Below are positions 39,585-51,940 of a DNA stretch of 64,000 nucleotides, in pieces. Each line of letters opens with the position of its first letter. The first letter of the stretch is position 1. This DNA is from Eledone cirrhosa. Lineage: Eukaryota. Location of the stretch: assembly GCA_964016885.1 (NCBI GenBank), contig OZ024743.1, forward strand, positions 371,194,001 through 371,258,000. The letters are read 5' to 3'. A program made the translations under genes and the position numbers. The notes beneath the pieces were generated by a model, which saw only the letters and a list, made by a program, of their open reading frames with translations, searched no databases and had not been told where the DNA came from.

Positions 39585-42520
39585 TTTATTTAAAACAGCA
39601 CCGCCGTATGTTTCGCCTGGTTGGGCTTCTGAAGGGCATAAAGTGTTCCTTACATTGCTCGGAAAGAGTTTTGGGGGTTAAATCTACGTCAAGGTTCATT
39701 GCTCGCAAAAATAACTTGTTTTGATTTTGCAACAGGTCAAGGGAGGTAACTCTGGCCGGTGTTAGGGCAGTCTTTCCCGGACAAATTTTTTATCCGCTAC
39801 GAGATGAGGTTACAACCTTACCATTGTCGATACGCATGTAATCAAAGATTATTTTGAGAGTTTTTTTTTTTTTTAGCTGCATCTGTTTGTCTGAGTTGTT
39901 TGAGGCTGGGTCTGGTATGCAAGGATAGTTTCTTGGGTGTTATTTTGCAGCGCCTGCCCGCCGGCGTGTTAAAACTTGTTGCAGGGAGATCCGGTGCATG
40001 GTTTCACTCCTCATCCTTAACCCATCTGAAGAAGGATATTTTTAAGCGATGTGTACAACTTATCGCTGTTTCAGCTCTCCTGTTTTTGAGCTCGTGGGGT
40101 GCAGTTATGATGTGGTAGAGCTCCATGAGGCAAAGATCGCATTTCCTCTTGAAGTTGTACGGTGCAGCCCTTCCGACAATATCCCAGTGCGTGGAGAAGC
40201 CGATGTTTAAGTCCTTTAGTGATGTGATGTAGTCCGCGAGCGAAGTGGAGTGTCTTAGTTTTTTATTTGTGAAAGAGTGGAGATGTGTTCGAAACCTAAT
40301 TTTGAACAGGCCGGAGGTAGCCCCTATATAATGTTTAACGCTATTGTGGCTAGTTATAGTGCATCTATATATAACCCTATCAGTCAAGCAGTATCCTCTA
40401 AGGGGGCAGCGTCCTCTGTCGCGGTTCCGTCTAATTCCTACGGTAAGGCTATCATTGTTGCTGCCTACGTTGTTACCCATGCTACCGCAGCTGTCGTTAG
40501 CACCATTACAACCCACAGCACGCGGGGTGGTGCGATTGTTATTCCACACGTCATGTCCTGTATGTTCCCCAGTTATTTCGCGGTTATGTTGTCTGCGTCT
40601 GCCGTTGCCAACACTATTGGATGCTGCCTGGGAGTTGTTAAGGCCGATATAGTTATTGTCAGGTGTAGGTGCGTCTGAGTCGAGGTGCTGTGTCTTGGTG
40701 ATCTTACTGTGGTTCGTTGTTCCTATGATGTCTGCTAGGTTAGGAGCAGTAGAGAAGGATATTTTTATATTGTTCCTATTAAGAATTTTTCTATACCTAT
40801 GGTTGGGCAGGAAGTTCTTCTCTAAGGCTTCGAAGAACATCCGGGGTATGTTGGAGGCCACATGTTGGTGGAACCATAGGACGTTACGGTGGCGATTACA
40901 TGTCCTTGTACGTTTGCTATGGGTGGTTCCATCTAGGTGACCGCTCTTATGTGTGTTAATGCGCAGTCGCCCGTTCAGTGCCCCTTTCACTTTATGATCG
41001 GGTGCACTCTTCCTACCTCTTCCCGGTTTATGTACAGGAAGATGTTGGTTGGAAGGCGTTGGTAGTAGGCCGTCGCCTTTGTTGGTTTTGTAATAGGGGA
41101 ATAGTTCGAGTAATCTACAGTGTTCACCGTCGCCCGGGTCGTGATCTTTAGTGCGGTTATCTATTCTATTATATCCGACTTCAACGAGGTCGCCGCGTGA
41201 TCGGTTATAGGTATGGCTTACTATAACGTTTGTTTTATGAGGGGGGTGGTTTCTAGAGCTAGCGTTAGGGATGTAGGAAATTCCTCGGTTAAAGCCGGCG
41301 CTTATCAAGGCCCTATTGTAGTAATCTGCCGCTTGGTTGAAGATATCCTCATTGGCGGATAGTCTCGAGATTCTATGTGAGATACTATAGACTATGGAGT
41401 TGAGAGTCTGCTTAGGGTGGTTGGAGGCATAATTAATATAAGAGAGGCACTCTCCAGGCTTATGGTATGGCTTGTATGAGCCCGTACTCAACTCCAGGGT
41501 CACGTCCAGGAAGTTGACAACCTTGTGGTTGAGGTCCATAGTTATGGATAGGCCGTATGACTTGAAGAACCTGTGTATATGTTTGTTAAGGTTCTCTATC
41601 CTATGGGGGCTATGGTTCCTAACGGTAAACAGGGCGTCATCCCTATATACACCTCCTTGTAGGGCCGGTATCTCTTCCCTAAGCTTATGTAGGAGGTATA
41701 TCCCAACCAGGTCAGTTGCTTGCGCTGAGTCACTGGACCGCATTGTGACATCGAAGTTATCAGGACGGTTGGTTCTGGTCCAGTGGGAGCCTTCGAACTC
41801 TATAATGGTTCTACGCGCCGCTAGAACTATGTCTATTTCTTTTTTAGTGAGGCTAGTGTTAGATCTAGCTAAGATAAGTGCCTTATTTAAGAATATGGGG
41901 GAGATAGAGGCGTAGTAACCATCTATATCTGATGTAGAGGGGCTTTCATTAAAGTCATATTTGTGATCCTTAAGAGAGAATTTAGGCGTCAGAGGGACGT
42001 ACGGGTTAGTGTACTTTTCTATTTCTAAGCTGGTGACTATATCCTTCCCTACTCTATTTATGTCATTTAGGGTACTAGAGGGTGTCTTTTTGTAGTCTTT
42101 GTGTAGTTCCTTATAGATGAATTTTTTATACTCACTCGCGTCCATCTTGTACAGCTTTTTGGTTTTATCGGAGGTGACGAAGAGGTGCGGGTCATTCTTG
42201 ATCTTAGTTATTAGTGTATCAAGGGATGTTAAGAATGGATTGCTGCGTTGGTGTTTCTTTCTGAACTTAACGTTTTTGATCATTTTCAGCAGGTCCTCTT
42301 CAAAGGAGTCCAGTAAGGTGTTGTGCGGTGGGTTTCGGTAAGTTTTGAAGCCATACCTCTCTTTGGGTTCAGGAAGGTTACGGGTGTTCTTATCCAGGTG
42401 GTAGGCCTTCCATCTGACTCTCCGTATAAACGAATTAGTAGCGTCTATAAGCAGTTTAAGGTAGGTTTTTCTGCTGGGTAAGGGGATACACTTGAGAGAC
42501 ATGGGTAACGGCTGGTTCTC
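39585..42520 (-). mobile_element. Near full-length Penelope-like element (probably Hydra-type clade)
   Basis: Single long ORF, 3'UTR and AATAAA terminus with inverted terminal copy. The clade call is from memory of motifs and is tentative. Confidence 0.9.
40004..42502 (-). CDS. PLE polyprotein: RT plus GIY-YIG endonuclease (in-frame deletion in RT, long low-complexity linker)
   Basis: IRRVRWKA, YGFKT, KDHK, DIDGYYASI, GVYRDD, VNFLDVTL, SNHP; VIYRCTI..HYIGAT..FKIRFRTH; CDLCLME..NRRAE..CTH. Confidence 0.9.
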   Translation of the reverse strand: MSLKCIPLPSRKTYLKLLIDATNSFIRRVRWKAYHLDKNTRNLPEPKERYGFKTYRNPPHNTLLDSFEEDLLKMIKNVKFRKKHQRSNPFLTSLDTLITKIKNDPHLFVTSDKTKKLYKMDASEYKKFIYKELHKDYKKTPSSTLNDINRVGKDIVTSLEIEKYTNPYVPLTPKFSLKDHKYDFNESPSTSDIDGYYASISPIFLNKALILARSNTSLTKKEIDIVLAARRTIIEFEGSHWTRTNRPDNFDVTMRSSDSAQATDLVGIYLLHKLREEIPALQGGVYRDDALFTVRNHSPHRIENLNKHIHRFFKSYGLSITMDLNHKVVNFLDVTLELSTGSYKPYHKPGECLSYINYASNHPKQTLNSIVYSISHRISRLSANEDIFNQAADYYNRALISAGFNRGISYIPNASSRNHPPHKTNVIVSHTYNRSRGDLVEVGYNRIDNRTKDHDPGDGEHCRLLELFPYYKTNKGDGLLPTPSNQHLPVHKPGRGRKSAPDHKVKGALNGRLRINTHKSGHLDGTTHSKRTRTCNRHRNVLWFHQHVASNIPRMFFEALEKNFLPNHRYRKILNRNNIKISFSTAPNLADIIGTTNHSKITKTQHLDSDAPTPDNNYIGLNNSQAASNSVGNGRRRQHNREITGEHTGHDVWNNNRTTPRAVGCNGANDSCGSMGNNVGSNNDSLTVGIRRNRDRGRCPLRGYCLTDRVIYRCTITSHNSVKHYIGATSGLFKIRFRTHLHSFTNKKLRHSTSLADYITSLKDLNIGFSTHWDIVGRAAPYNFKRKCDLCLMELYHIITAPHELKNRRAETAISCTHRLKISFFRWVKDEE

Positions 42521-42521
42521 C

Positions 42522-42611
42522 AACAGGCGACTGCGGACTAACACACATAAGAGCGGTCACCTAGATGGAACCACCCATAGCAAACGTAACGACCTATGGT
42601 TCCACCACCCA
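42522..42611 (+). repeat. Inverted copy of an internal part of the same PLE (40862-40975) at its 5' end
   Basis: aacacacataagagcggtcacctagatggaaccacccatagcaaacgta is the reverse complement of 40910-40958, followed by a short microhomology-bounded deletion. Confidence 0.9.
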
Positions 42612-42754
42612 TAAATGGAGCCCTATCAGGTACTACTACTCCGGGCCAGGGCAGACCTGGGAGTTAAGACAATTAAGGGGTAACTCGACAGCTCCTGAAC
42701 TCCCGAACTGGAGCCTTCCCACTGGATGTAGTTTAATGTCATACCCAGGACATA

Positions 42755-42775
42755 AATATATATGTATATATATAT

Positions 42776-42858
<83 letters not shown>

Positions 42859-43140
42859 TATATATATATATATATAGTTTATATATATATATATTGTATA
42901 TATATATATATATTGTATATATATATATATATACAATATATATATTTTGTATATATATATATATATATTGTATATATATATATATATATTGTATATATAT
43001 ATATATATATACAATATATATATTTTGTATATATATATATATATTGTATATATATATATTATATATATATACAATATATATATATATATATATATACCAT
43101 ATATATATACAATGTATATATATACAATATATATATATAT

Positions 43141-43190
<50 letters not shown>

Positions 43191-43308
43191 ATATATATAT
43201 ACAATATATATAGTAATAATAATAAAATTGAAGACTGAAATCCAAAGAGGGCTCGATAAGGATAAATATATATCAAATATATAAGAACCGTAGAGCATTT
43301 TAATAAAT

Positions 43309-43372
<64 letters not shown>

Positions 43373-43503
43373 ATATATATATATATACAATATATATATA
43401 TATATACAATATATATATATATATACAATGTATATATATATATACAATATATATATATATATATACAATATATATATATATACAATATATATATATATAT
43501 ATA
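42755..43503. repeat. Satellite polarity-switch zone (mixed TTG and CAA units)
   Basis: TTG units up to ~43045, CAA units from ~42933 onward; ~95-bp unique island at 43212-43308. Confidence 0.9.
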
Positions 43504-43652
43504 TCATCATCATCATCATCACCGTTTTACGTCCGTTCTTCCACGCTAGCATGGGTTAGACGGGTTGTCCTGTTGTGGGCAGTGTCTGGTCGGCTGACCA
43601 TGCCTTGCTCATACAGGAACTGATCTGGCTTGATTTCTACAGCTGGATGCCC
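43504..43652 (-). mobile_element. RTE family B 3' stub
   Basis: Matches 23899-24047. Confidence 0.95.
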
Positions 43653-43851
43653 TATATATACAATATATATATATATATACAATATATATATATATATACA
43701 ATATATATATATATATATACAATATATATATATATATACAATATATATATATATATACAATATATATATATATACAATATATATATATATACAATATATA
43801 TATATATACAATATATATATATACACAATATATATATATATATATATATAC

Positions 43852-43887
<36 letters not shown>

Positions 43888-43899
43888 ATATATATATAC

Positions 43900-43939
<40 letters not shown>

Positions 43940-44447
43940 ATATATATATATGCAATATATATATATATATACAATATATATATATACAATATATATATAT
44001 ATATACAATATATATATATACAATATATATATATATATACAATATATATATATATATACAATATATATATATATATATACAATATATATATATATATATA
44101 CAATATATATATATATACAATATATATATATATATACAATATATATATATATATATATACAATATATATATATATATACAATATATATATATATATACAA
44201 TATATATATATATATACAATATATATATATATATACAATATATATATATATATACAATATATATATATATATATACAATATATATATATATATACAATAT
44301 ATATATATATATACAATATATATATATATACAATATATATATATATACAATATATATATATATACAATATATATATATACACAATATATATATATATATA
44401 TATATACACAATATATATATATATATATATACAATATATATATATAC

Positions 44448-44487
<40 letters not shown>

Positions 44488-44877
44488 ATATATATATATG
44501 CAATATATATATATATATACAATATATATATATACAATATATATATATATATACAATATATATATATACAATATATATATATATATACAATATATATATA
44601 TATATACAATATATATATATATATATACAATATATATATATATATATACAATATATATATATATACAATATATATATATATATACAATATATATATATAT
44701 ATATATACAATATATATATATATATACAATATATATATATATATACAATATATATATATATATATACAATATATATATATATATATATACAATATATATA
44801 TACAATATATATATATATATATACAATATATATATATATATATATACAATATATATATACACAATATATATATATAC

Positions 44878-44919
<42 letters not shown>

Positions 44920-45237
44920 ATATATATATACACAATATATATATATATATACACAATATATATATATATATATATACACAATATATATATATACACAATA
45001 TATATATATATACACAATATATATATATATATATACAATATATATATATACACAATATATATATATATACAATATATATATATATACACAATATATATAT
45101 ATATATATATATATACACAATATATATATATACAATATATATATATATATATACACTATATATATATACAATATATATATATATATATATACGATATATA
45201 TATATACAATATATATATATATACAATATATATATAT

Positions 45238-45289
<52 letters not shown>

Positions 45290-45300
45290 ATATATATACA

Positions 45301-45331
<31 letters not shown>

Positions 45332-45339
45332 ATATATAT

Positions 45340-45415
<76 letters not shown>

Positions 45416-45472
45416 ATATATATATACAATATATATATATACAATATATATATATATACAATATATATATAT

Positions 45473-45512
<40 letters not shown>

Positions 45513-45849
45513 ATATATATATATATATATATATACAATATATATATATATATATATACAATATATATATATATATATATATATACAATATATATATATA
45601 TATATATACAATATATATATATATATACAATATATATATATATATACAATATATATATATATATACAATATATATATATATATATATACAATATATATAT
45701 ATATATATATACAATATATATATATATATACAATATATATATATATACAATATATATATATATATACAATATATATATATATACAATATATATATATACA
45801 TACAATATATATAATATATATATATACAATATATATAATATATATATAT

Positions 45850-45895
<46 letters not shown>

Positions 45896-45942
45896 ATATA
45901 TATATATATATATATATACAATATATATATATATATATATAT

Positions 45943-45979
<37 letters not shown>

Positions 45980-46244
45980 TATATATATATACAATATATA
46001 TATATATATATATATATACAATATATATATATATATATATATACAATATATATATATATATATATATACAATATATATATATATATACAATACATACAAT
46101 ATATATATATATATATATATACAATATATATATATATATACGATATATACAATATATATATATATATATATATACAATATATATATATATATATATACAA
46201 TATATATATATATATATATACAATATATATATATATATATATAT

Positions 46245-46284
<40 letters not shown>

Positions 46285-46434
46285 ATATATATATATATAT
46301 ATATATAGATATATATATATATACAATATATATATATATATATATAGATATATATATATATACAATATATATATATATATATATAGATATATATATATAT
46401 ACAATATATATATATATACAATATATATATATAT

Positions 46435-46474
<40 letters not shown>

Positions 46475-46836
46475 ATATATATATATATATATACAATATA
46501 TATATATATATATATACAATATATATATATATATATATACAATATATATATATATATATATACAATATATATATATATATATATACAATATATATATATA
46601 TATATATACAATATATATATATATATATATACAATATATATATATATATATATACAATATATATAAATTTATATACAATATATATATATATATACAATAT
46701 ATATATATATATACAATATATATATATATATACAATATATATATATATACAATATATATATATATACAATATATATATATATACAACATATATATATATA
46801 TATATATATACAATATATATATATATATACAATATA
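43653..46836. repeat. CAA(TA)n satellite, ~3.2 kb, uniform polarity
   Basis: Directly visible; n is variable, with occasional CACAA, GCAA and GAT variants and higher-order internal repetition. Confidence 0.97.
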
Positions 46837-48088
46837 TCATCATCATCAGCGTTTAACGTCCGTGTTCTACGCTTGCATGGGTTTGGACGGGGGTAGTCCC
46901 ACTTGAGGCAAGAGTGATTGTCTTGCTCGCATAGGACTGTCTGGCAGGTTTTCTACAGTTGGATGCCCTTCCTAACACCAACCACATTTACAGTGTGGGT
47001 CTGGGAGGTTTTTACCGTGTTGCCTACACGGCCACATTACAGCGTGGACTGTGTTTTTTTGTCGTGACACCTACACGATCTCATTTGTTTCGGCCTGGAT
47101 GGTGTGGCTCCAACACAACTTTACATAGAACTGGGTGGCGTGGATGGGTTGGGGGTGGTGGGACGGGGGGGGGGGGGGTATTTTGTTAGAGATGCCTACT
47201 GCCTGGAGTAGGTTTTACTATGCATTTAGGTAAGGCGGGTCTTCTCTGTTACTGAGTACCGCCAAAGGTCTCGGTCCAGTGACATTGTCTTGGAGAGGTG
47301 TAAGTGTGTGAGGTCGGAGTTTATCAGCTCGTCCCAGGTTTTTCTAGGTCTGCCTATTCCGTGGCTACCGTCTATCTTTATTGCCTTGCACTTTGTTATA
47401 CAGCTATCGACTTTCATGCGCATCACGTGTCCATACCAACGTAGCCTTCTCTCGAGTAAACAACATCTGATCCCTCTTATTTCTAATTTTTTCCTTAGTT
47501 CGTTTATGCTTTGCCGTTCACGTATATTACTGTTACACATCCAGCGGAGCATGCAAGCTTCGTTCCTCTCTAGTCTGCGTATATCCTCTGCACACAATGC
47601 CCAGGTCTCACTGCCATGCAACATTGCTGTTCGTATGCAGGCATCGTACAACCTGCCTTTCATTTTTAGGGAGAACCCTTTAGCAGCTAATAGTGGTATA
47701 AGCTCTCTGAACTTTTTCCAACCAGTTCTGACTCTAGCTACTGTACTTTCAGAGCACCCTCCCCCACTGCTGATTTTATCACCCAGGTAACGGAAACTGT
47801 CCACTATTTCTATAGAACCCTCTGCGCAATTGAAAGAGCTAGTATTTTGTGGGCGCTTGCTGCTACTTATTGCACCAGAGCACCGGCCACATGTAAAATC
47901 TATGTTCTTAGTTAGCTTACCTGTGATCCCACTATATCTTTTATGCACCCATACTTTGCATTTAGGACATAAAATGGAGTTTCTACCTACGCCTTTCCTA
48001 CACACCGAGCACGACCATTTCCCAGAAGGGACCGCCGCCTTATTTTCTTTCCTACAAACTAGAACTTTAGTCTTAGCCAGGTTAATTT
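46837..48088 (-). mobile_element. RTE LINE family A, 5'-truncated
   Basis: ORF 47226-48005, 3'UTR, tail. Confidence 0.97.
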
Positions 48089-48209
48089 ATATATATATAT
48101 ATACAATATATATATATATATATATACAATATATATATATATATACACAATATATATATATATATATACACAATATATATATATATACATAATTATATTG
48201 TATATATAT

Positions 48210-48255
<46 letters not shown>

Positions 48256-48362
48256 GTATATATGTATATATATATATTGTGTATATATATATATACATAA
48301 TTATATTGTATATATATATATATTGTGTATATATGTATATGTATATGTATATATATATATAT

Positions 48363-48398
<36 letters not shown>

Positions 48399-48464
48399 AT
48401 ATATATACAATATAATTATGTGTATATATATATATATATACACATAATTATATTGTATATATAT

Positions 48465-48506
<42 letters not shown>

Positions 48507-48528
48507 GTATATATGTATATGTATATGT

Positions 48529-50097
48529 AGTCCCCCGCTCCATTATCTGGTGGGCTCTTAGAAAACTAGGCGTTGACGAATGGCTTGTGAGGGCTATACA
48601 AGCCATGTATAAAGAAACAGTCAGCAAGGTTAGAATTAACAACGAATATAGTGAAGAGTTTAGCGTAAAAGTTGGCGTCCATCAGGGCTCTGTTCTCAGC
48701 CCCCTACTATTTATTATTGCCCTTCAGGCTATAACAGAGGAGTTCAAGACAGGCTGCCCATGGGAACTCCTATACGCAGACGACCTGACACTCATAGCGG
48801 AATCAATGGCCGAGCTAGAGAAGAAATTCCAAACATGGAAGCACGGCCTAGAGTCAAAAGGACTTAAAATTAACCTGGCTAAGACCAAAGTTCTAGTTTG
48901 TAGGAAAGAAAACAAGGCGGCGGTCCCTTCTGGGAAATGGTCGTGCTCGGTGTGTAGGAAAGGCGTAGGTAGAAACTCCATTTTGTGTCCTAAATGCAAA
49001 GTATGGGTGCATAAAAGATGTAGTGGGATCACAGGTAAGCTAACTAAGAACATAGATTTTACATGTGGCCGGTGTTCTGGTGCAATAAGTAGCAGCAAGT
49101 GCCCACACAATACTAGCTCTTTCAATTGCGCAGAGGGTTCTATAGAAATAGTGGACAGCTTCCGTTACCTGGGCGATAAAATCAGCAGTGGGGGAGGGTG
49201 CTCTGAAAGTACTGTAGCTAGAGTCAGAACTGGTTGGAAAAAGTTCAGAGAGCTTATACCACTATTAGCTGCTAAAGGGTTCTCCCTAAAAATGAAAGGC
49301 AGGTTGTACGATGCCTGCATACGAACAGCAATGTTGCATGGCAGTGAGACCTGGGCATTGTGTGCAGAGGATATACGCAGACTAGAGAGGAACGAAGCTT
49401 GCATGCTCCGCTGGATGTGTAACAGTAATATACGTGAACGGCAAAGCATAAACGAACTAAGGAAAAAATTAGAGATAAGAGGGATCAGATGTTGTTTACT
49501 CGAGAGAAGGCTACGTTGGTATGGACACGTGATGCGCATGAAAGTCGATAGCTGTATAACAAAGTGCAGGGCAATAAAGATAGACGGTAGCCACGGAATA
49601 GGCAGACCTAGAAAAACCTGGGACGAGCTGATAAACTCCGACCTCACACACTTACACCTCTCCAAGACAATGTCACTGGACCGAGACCTTTGGCGGTACT
49701 CAGTAACAGAGAAGACCCGCCTTGCCAGTAGGCATCTCTAACAAAATACACCCCGTCCCACCACCACCACCCCCACCCCATCCACACCACCCCGTCCTAT
49801 GTAAAGTTATGTTGGTGCCGCGCCATCCGGGCCGAAACAAATGAGATCGTGTAGGTGTCACGACAAAAAAACACACAGTCCACGCTGTAATGTGGCCGTG
49901 TAGGCAACACGGTAAAAACCTCCCAGACCCACACTGTAAATGTGGTTGGTGTTAGGAAGGGCATCCAACTGTAGAAAACCTGCCAGACAGTCCTATGCGA
50001 GCAAGACAATCACTCTTGCCTCAAGTGGGACTACCCCCGTCCAAACCCATGCAAGCGTGGAACACGGACGTTAAACGTTGATGATGATGATGATGAT
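48529..50097 (+). mobile_element. RTE LINE family A, 3' part starting at VPRSIIWW
   Basis: Open ORF to 49741, 3'UTR, (GAT)n tail; flanked on both sides by satellite with a private CATAATTATATTG variant. Confidence 0.97.
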
Positions 50098-50344
50098 ATA
50101 TATTGTGTATATATATATATATATATATATATACATAATTATATTGTATATATATACAATATATATATATATAGAGATATATTGTGTATATATGTATATA
50201 TATATATTGTGTATATATATATATATATATATATACATAATTATATTGTATATATATACAATATATATATATATATATATATATTGTGTATATATATACA
50301 CAATATATATATATATATACATAATTATACTGTATATATATACA

Positions 50345-50411
<67 letters not shown>

Positions 50412-50431
50412 GTATATGTATATATATATAT

Positions 50432-50483
<52 letters not shown>

Positions 50484-50485
<2 letters not shown>

Positions 50486-50721
50486 GGGACTCTGTCAAAG
50501 GCTTTTTCTAGGTCTACAAAAGCTAAGTAGAGGGGTTTACTTTTAGCTAGGTACTTCTCCTGTAGTTGCCGTACAAGGAATAGAGCGTCTGTGGTACTTT
50601 TACCTGACACAAACCCAAACTGCATTTCATCTAGATCAATTCGCTCTCTGATTAGTTGTGCTATAACTCTTTCTGTGACCTTCATGACCTCGTCAACTAA
50701 CTTAATGCCTCTATAGTTTCC
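50484..50721 (-). mobile_element. Internal RTE RT fragment ending at KAFDRVP
   Basis: [24 protein letters not shown]; no tail. Confidence 0.93.
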
Positions 50722-50749
50722 TTATATATATATATATATACAATATAAT

Positions 50750-51382
50750 AATAAGGGTTGAAGGACCCAGCATATTTATGCCAGTACCGGTTGTATCTCA
50801 AAGCACTCACTGGGCAATGTAAGATACATAGTTATTTGCCTCAACACAACACACGTAAAACGGATGCCTATAATGTTCCTGGACTCGAGTTTCTGCCGCA
50901 CTAATGCAGCAGTAAGGTGCACTGCATATATTATGCAACAATGCACAATCGGCTTATGCGGCTTCATCAGCGGGTAGCGCCTAATCAATAACCAATCGAT
51001 CGACAGAATCCAAACCACGGCCCATGCCGGTCATGACTGTTACTGACAACCGACACGGTAAAGCGATTAGCAACTGGCAACCGATAGGACTCTATCTCTC
51101 AACTAGCCACTGATTTACACATTTTACGTGGGGACGGGAAGCTAAAAAGAATCAATCTTTTAGTTCCTGTTAGAAGCCCTCAGCCAACGTGTCTCAAACA
51201 CAAATTATCAAGGGGTGAAAAGATAGCTTTAATCCCACCATGACCATGACCTCTACCCCAACCCCTACCCTTCCCTTACCATGACAAAATGTATAAATAC
51301 CAGAAATTTAAATTGACATTTGGCTTTCTGATGATTTCCTCCGAATGAAACAGTTCTAGTCCCGTAGAAGCCATTTCTATAT

Positions 51383-51386
<4 letters not shown>
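50750..51386 (+). mobile_element. Degenerate PLE 3' fragment with hammerhead (51321-51373)
   Basis: tggcttt-CTGATGA-tTTC-ctcc-GAAt-GAAAC-agttctagtccc-GTA-gaagcca; inverted copy at 51941-52084. Confidence 0.7.
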
Positions 51387-51422
<36 letters not shown>

Positions 51423-51556
51423 ATATATATATATAAATATATATATATATACAATATATATATATAAATATATATATATGCACAATATATATATAAATAT
51501 GGTTTTATAAATATAGTTTCCATTTATTAATATCGTATATATATATATATATATAT

Positions 51557-51856
51557 GCAAAAGTTTTATTTAAAATTGTTGGGTTACAACGAATAAATAT
51601 TTTATAACTGATATAAAGCACTCAACAAGTTTTGGAGTAGATATACGATATTAAACAAAAGTTGGTTTGGTACCAAACCAACTTTTTTAAATGGAAGTTG
51701 AACAATATTTATGGTACATCAAATTTATTTATAAAACTGCTTATATATTGTATTTTATCTGAAGAAGTCATGCCATATTTCTAATATGGTATCCCTGAAA
51801 TATGTATAATGAAATAAATATGGTTTTATAAATATAGTTTCCATTTGTTTAATATT
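51557..51856 (+). mobile_element. AT-rich hammerhead element (~300 bp), homolog of 28237-28649
   Basis: Shared 5' and 3' sequence; hammerhead 51751-51816 tattttat-CTGAAGA-AG..ATGCCATATT/AATATGGTAT..CT-GAAAT-atgt-ATA-atgaaata; an extra 3' stub at ~51493-51535. Confidence 0.82.
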
Positions 51857-51894
51857 GTATATATATATATATATATATTTCGTTTCTGAATTTG

Positions 51895-51924
51895 TTGGCA
51901 ACATGACCCTCCCAAAGTATAACA
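51895..51924 (+). mobile_element. 30-bp extreme 3' stub of the PLE family at 28846-30367
   Basis: ttggcaacatgaccctcccaaagtataaca|atatat, identical to 6108-6137. Confidence 0.85.
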
Positions 51925-51940
51925 ATATATATATATATAT

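Noticed and set aside
42615-42752. GC-balanced segment after the inverted PLE fragment
   Set aside because: Looks like a fragment of another dispersed repeat, but there is no second copy or diagnostic motif here to classify it.
43653-46836. Canonical telomere
   Set aside because: No TTAGGG repeats and the array is internal; only the geometry is telomere-like.
43575-46856. 1000+ aa Ile/Tyr-rich ORFs (also at 25.4-26.4 kb, 35.6-36.8 kb and elsewhere)
   Set aside because: Translation of stop-free (TA)n satellite in several frames; no protein-like complexity.
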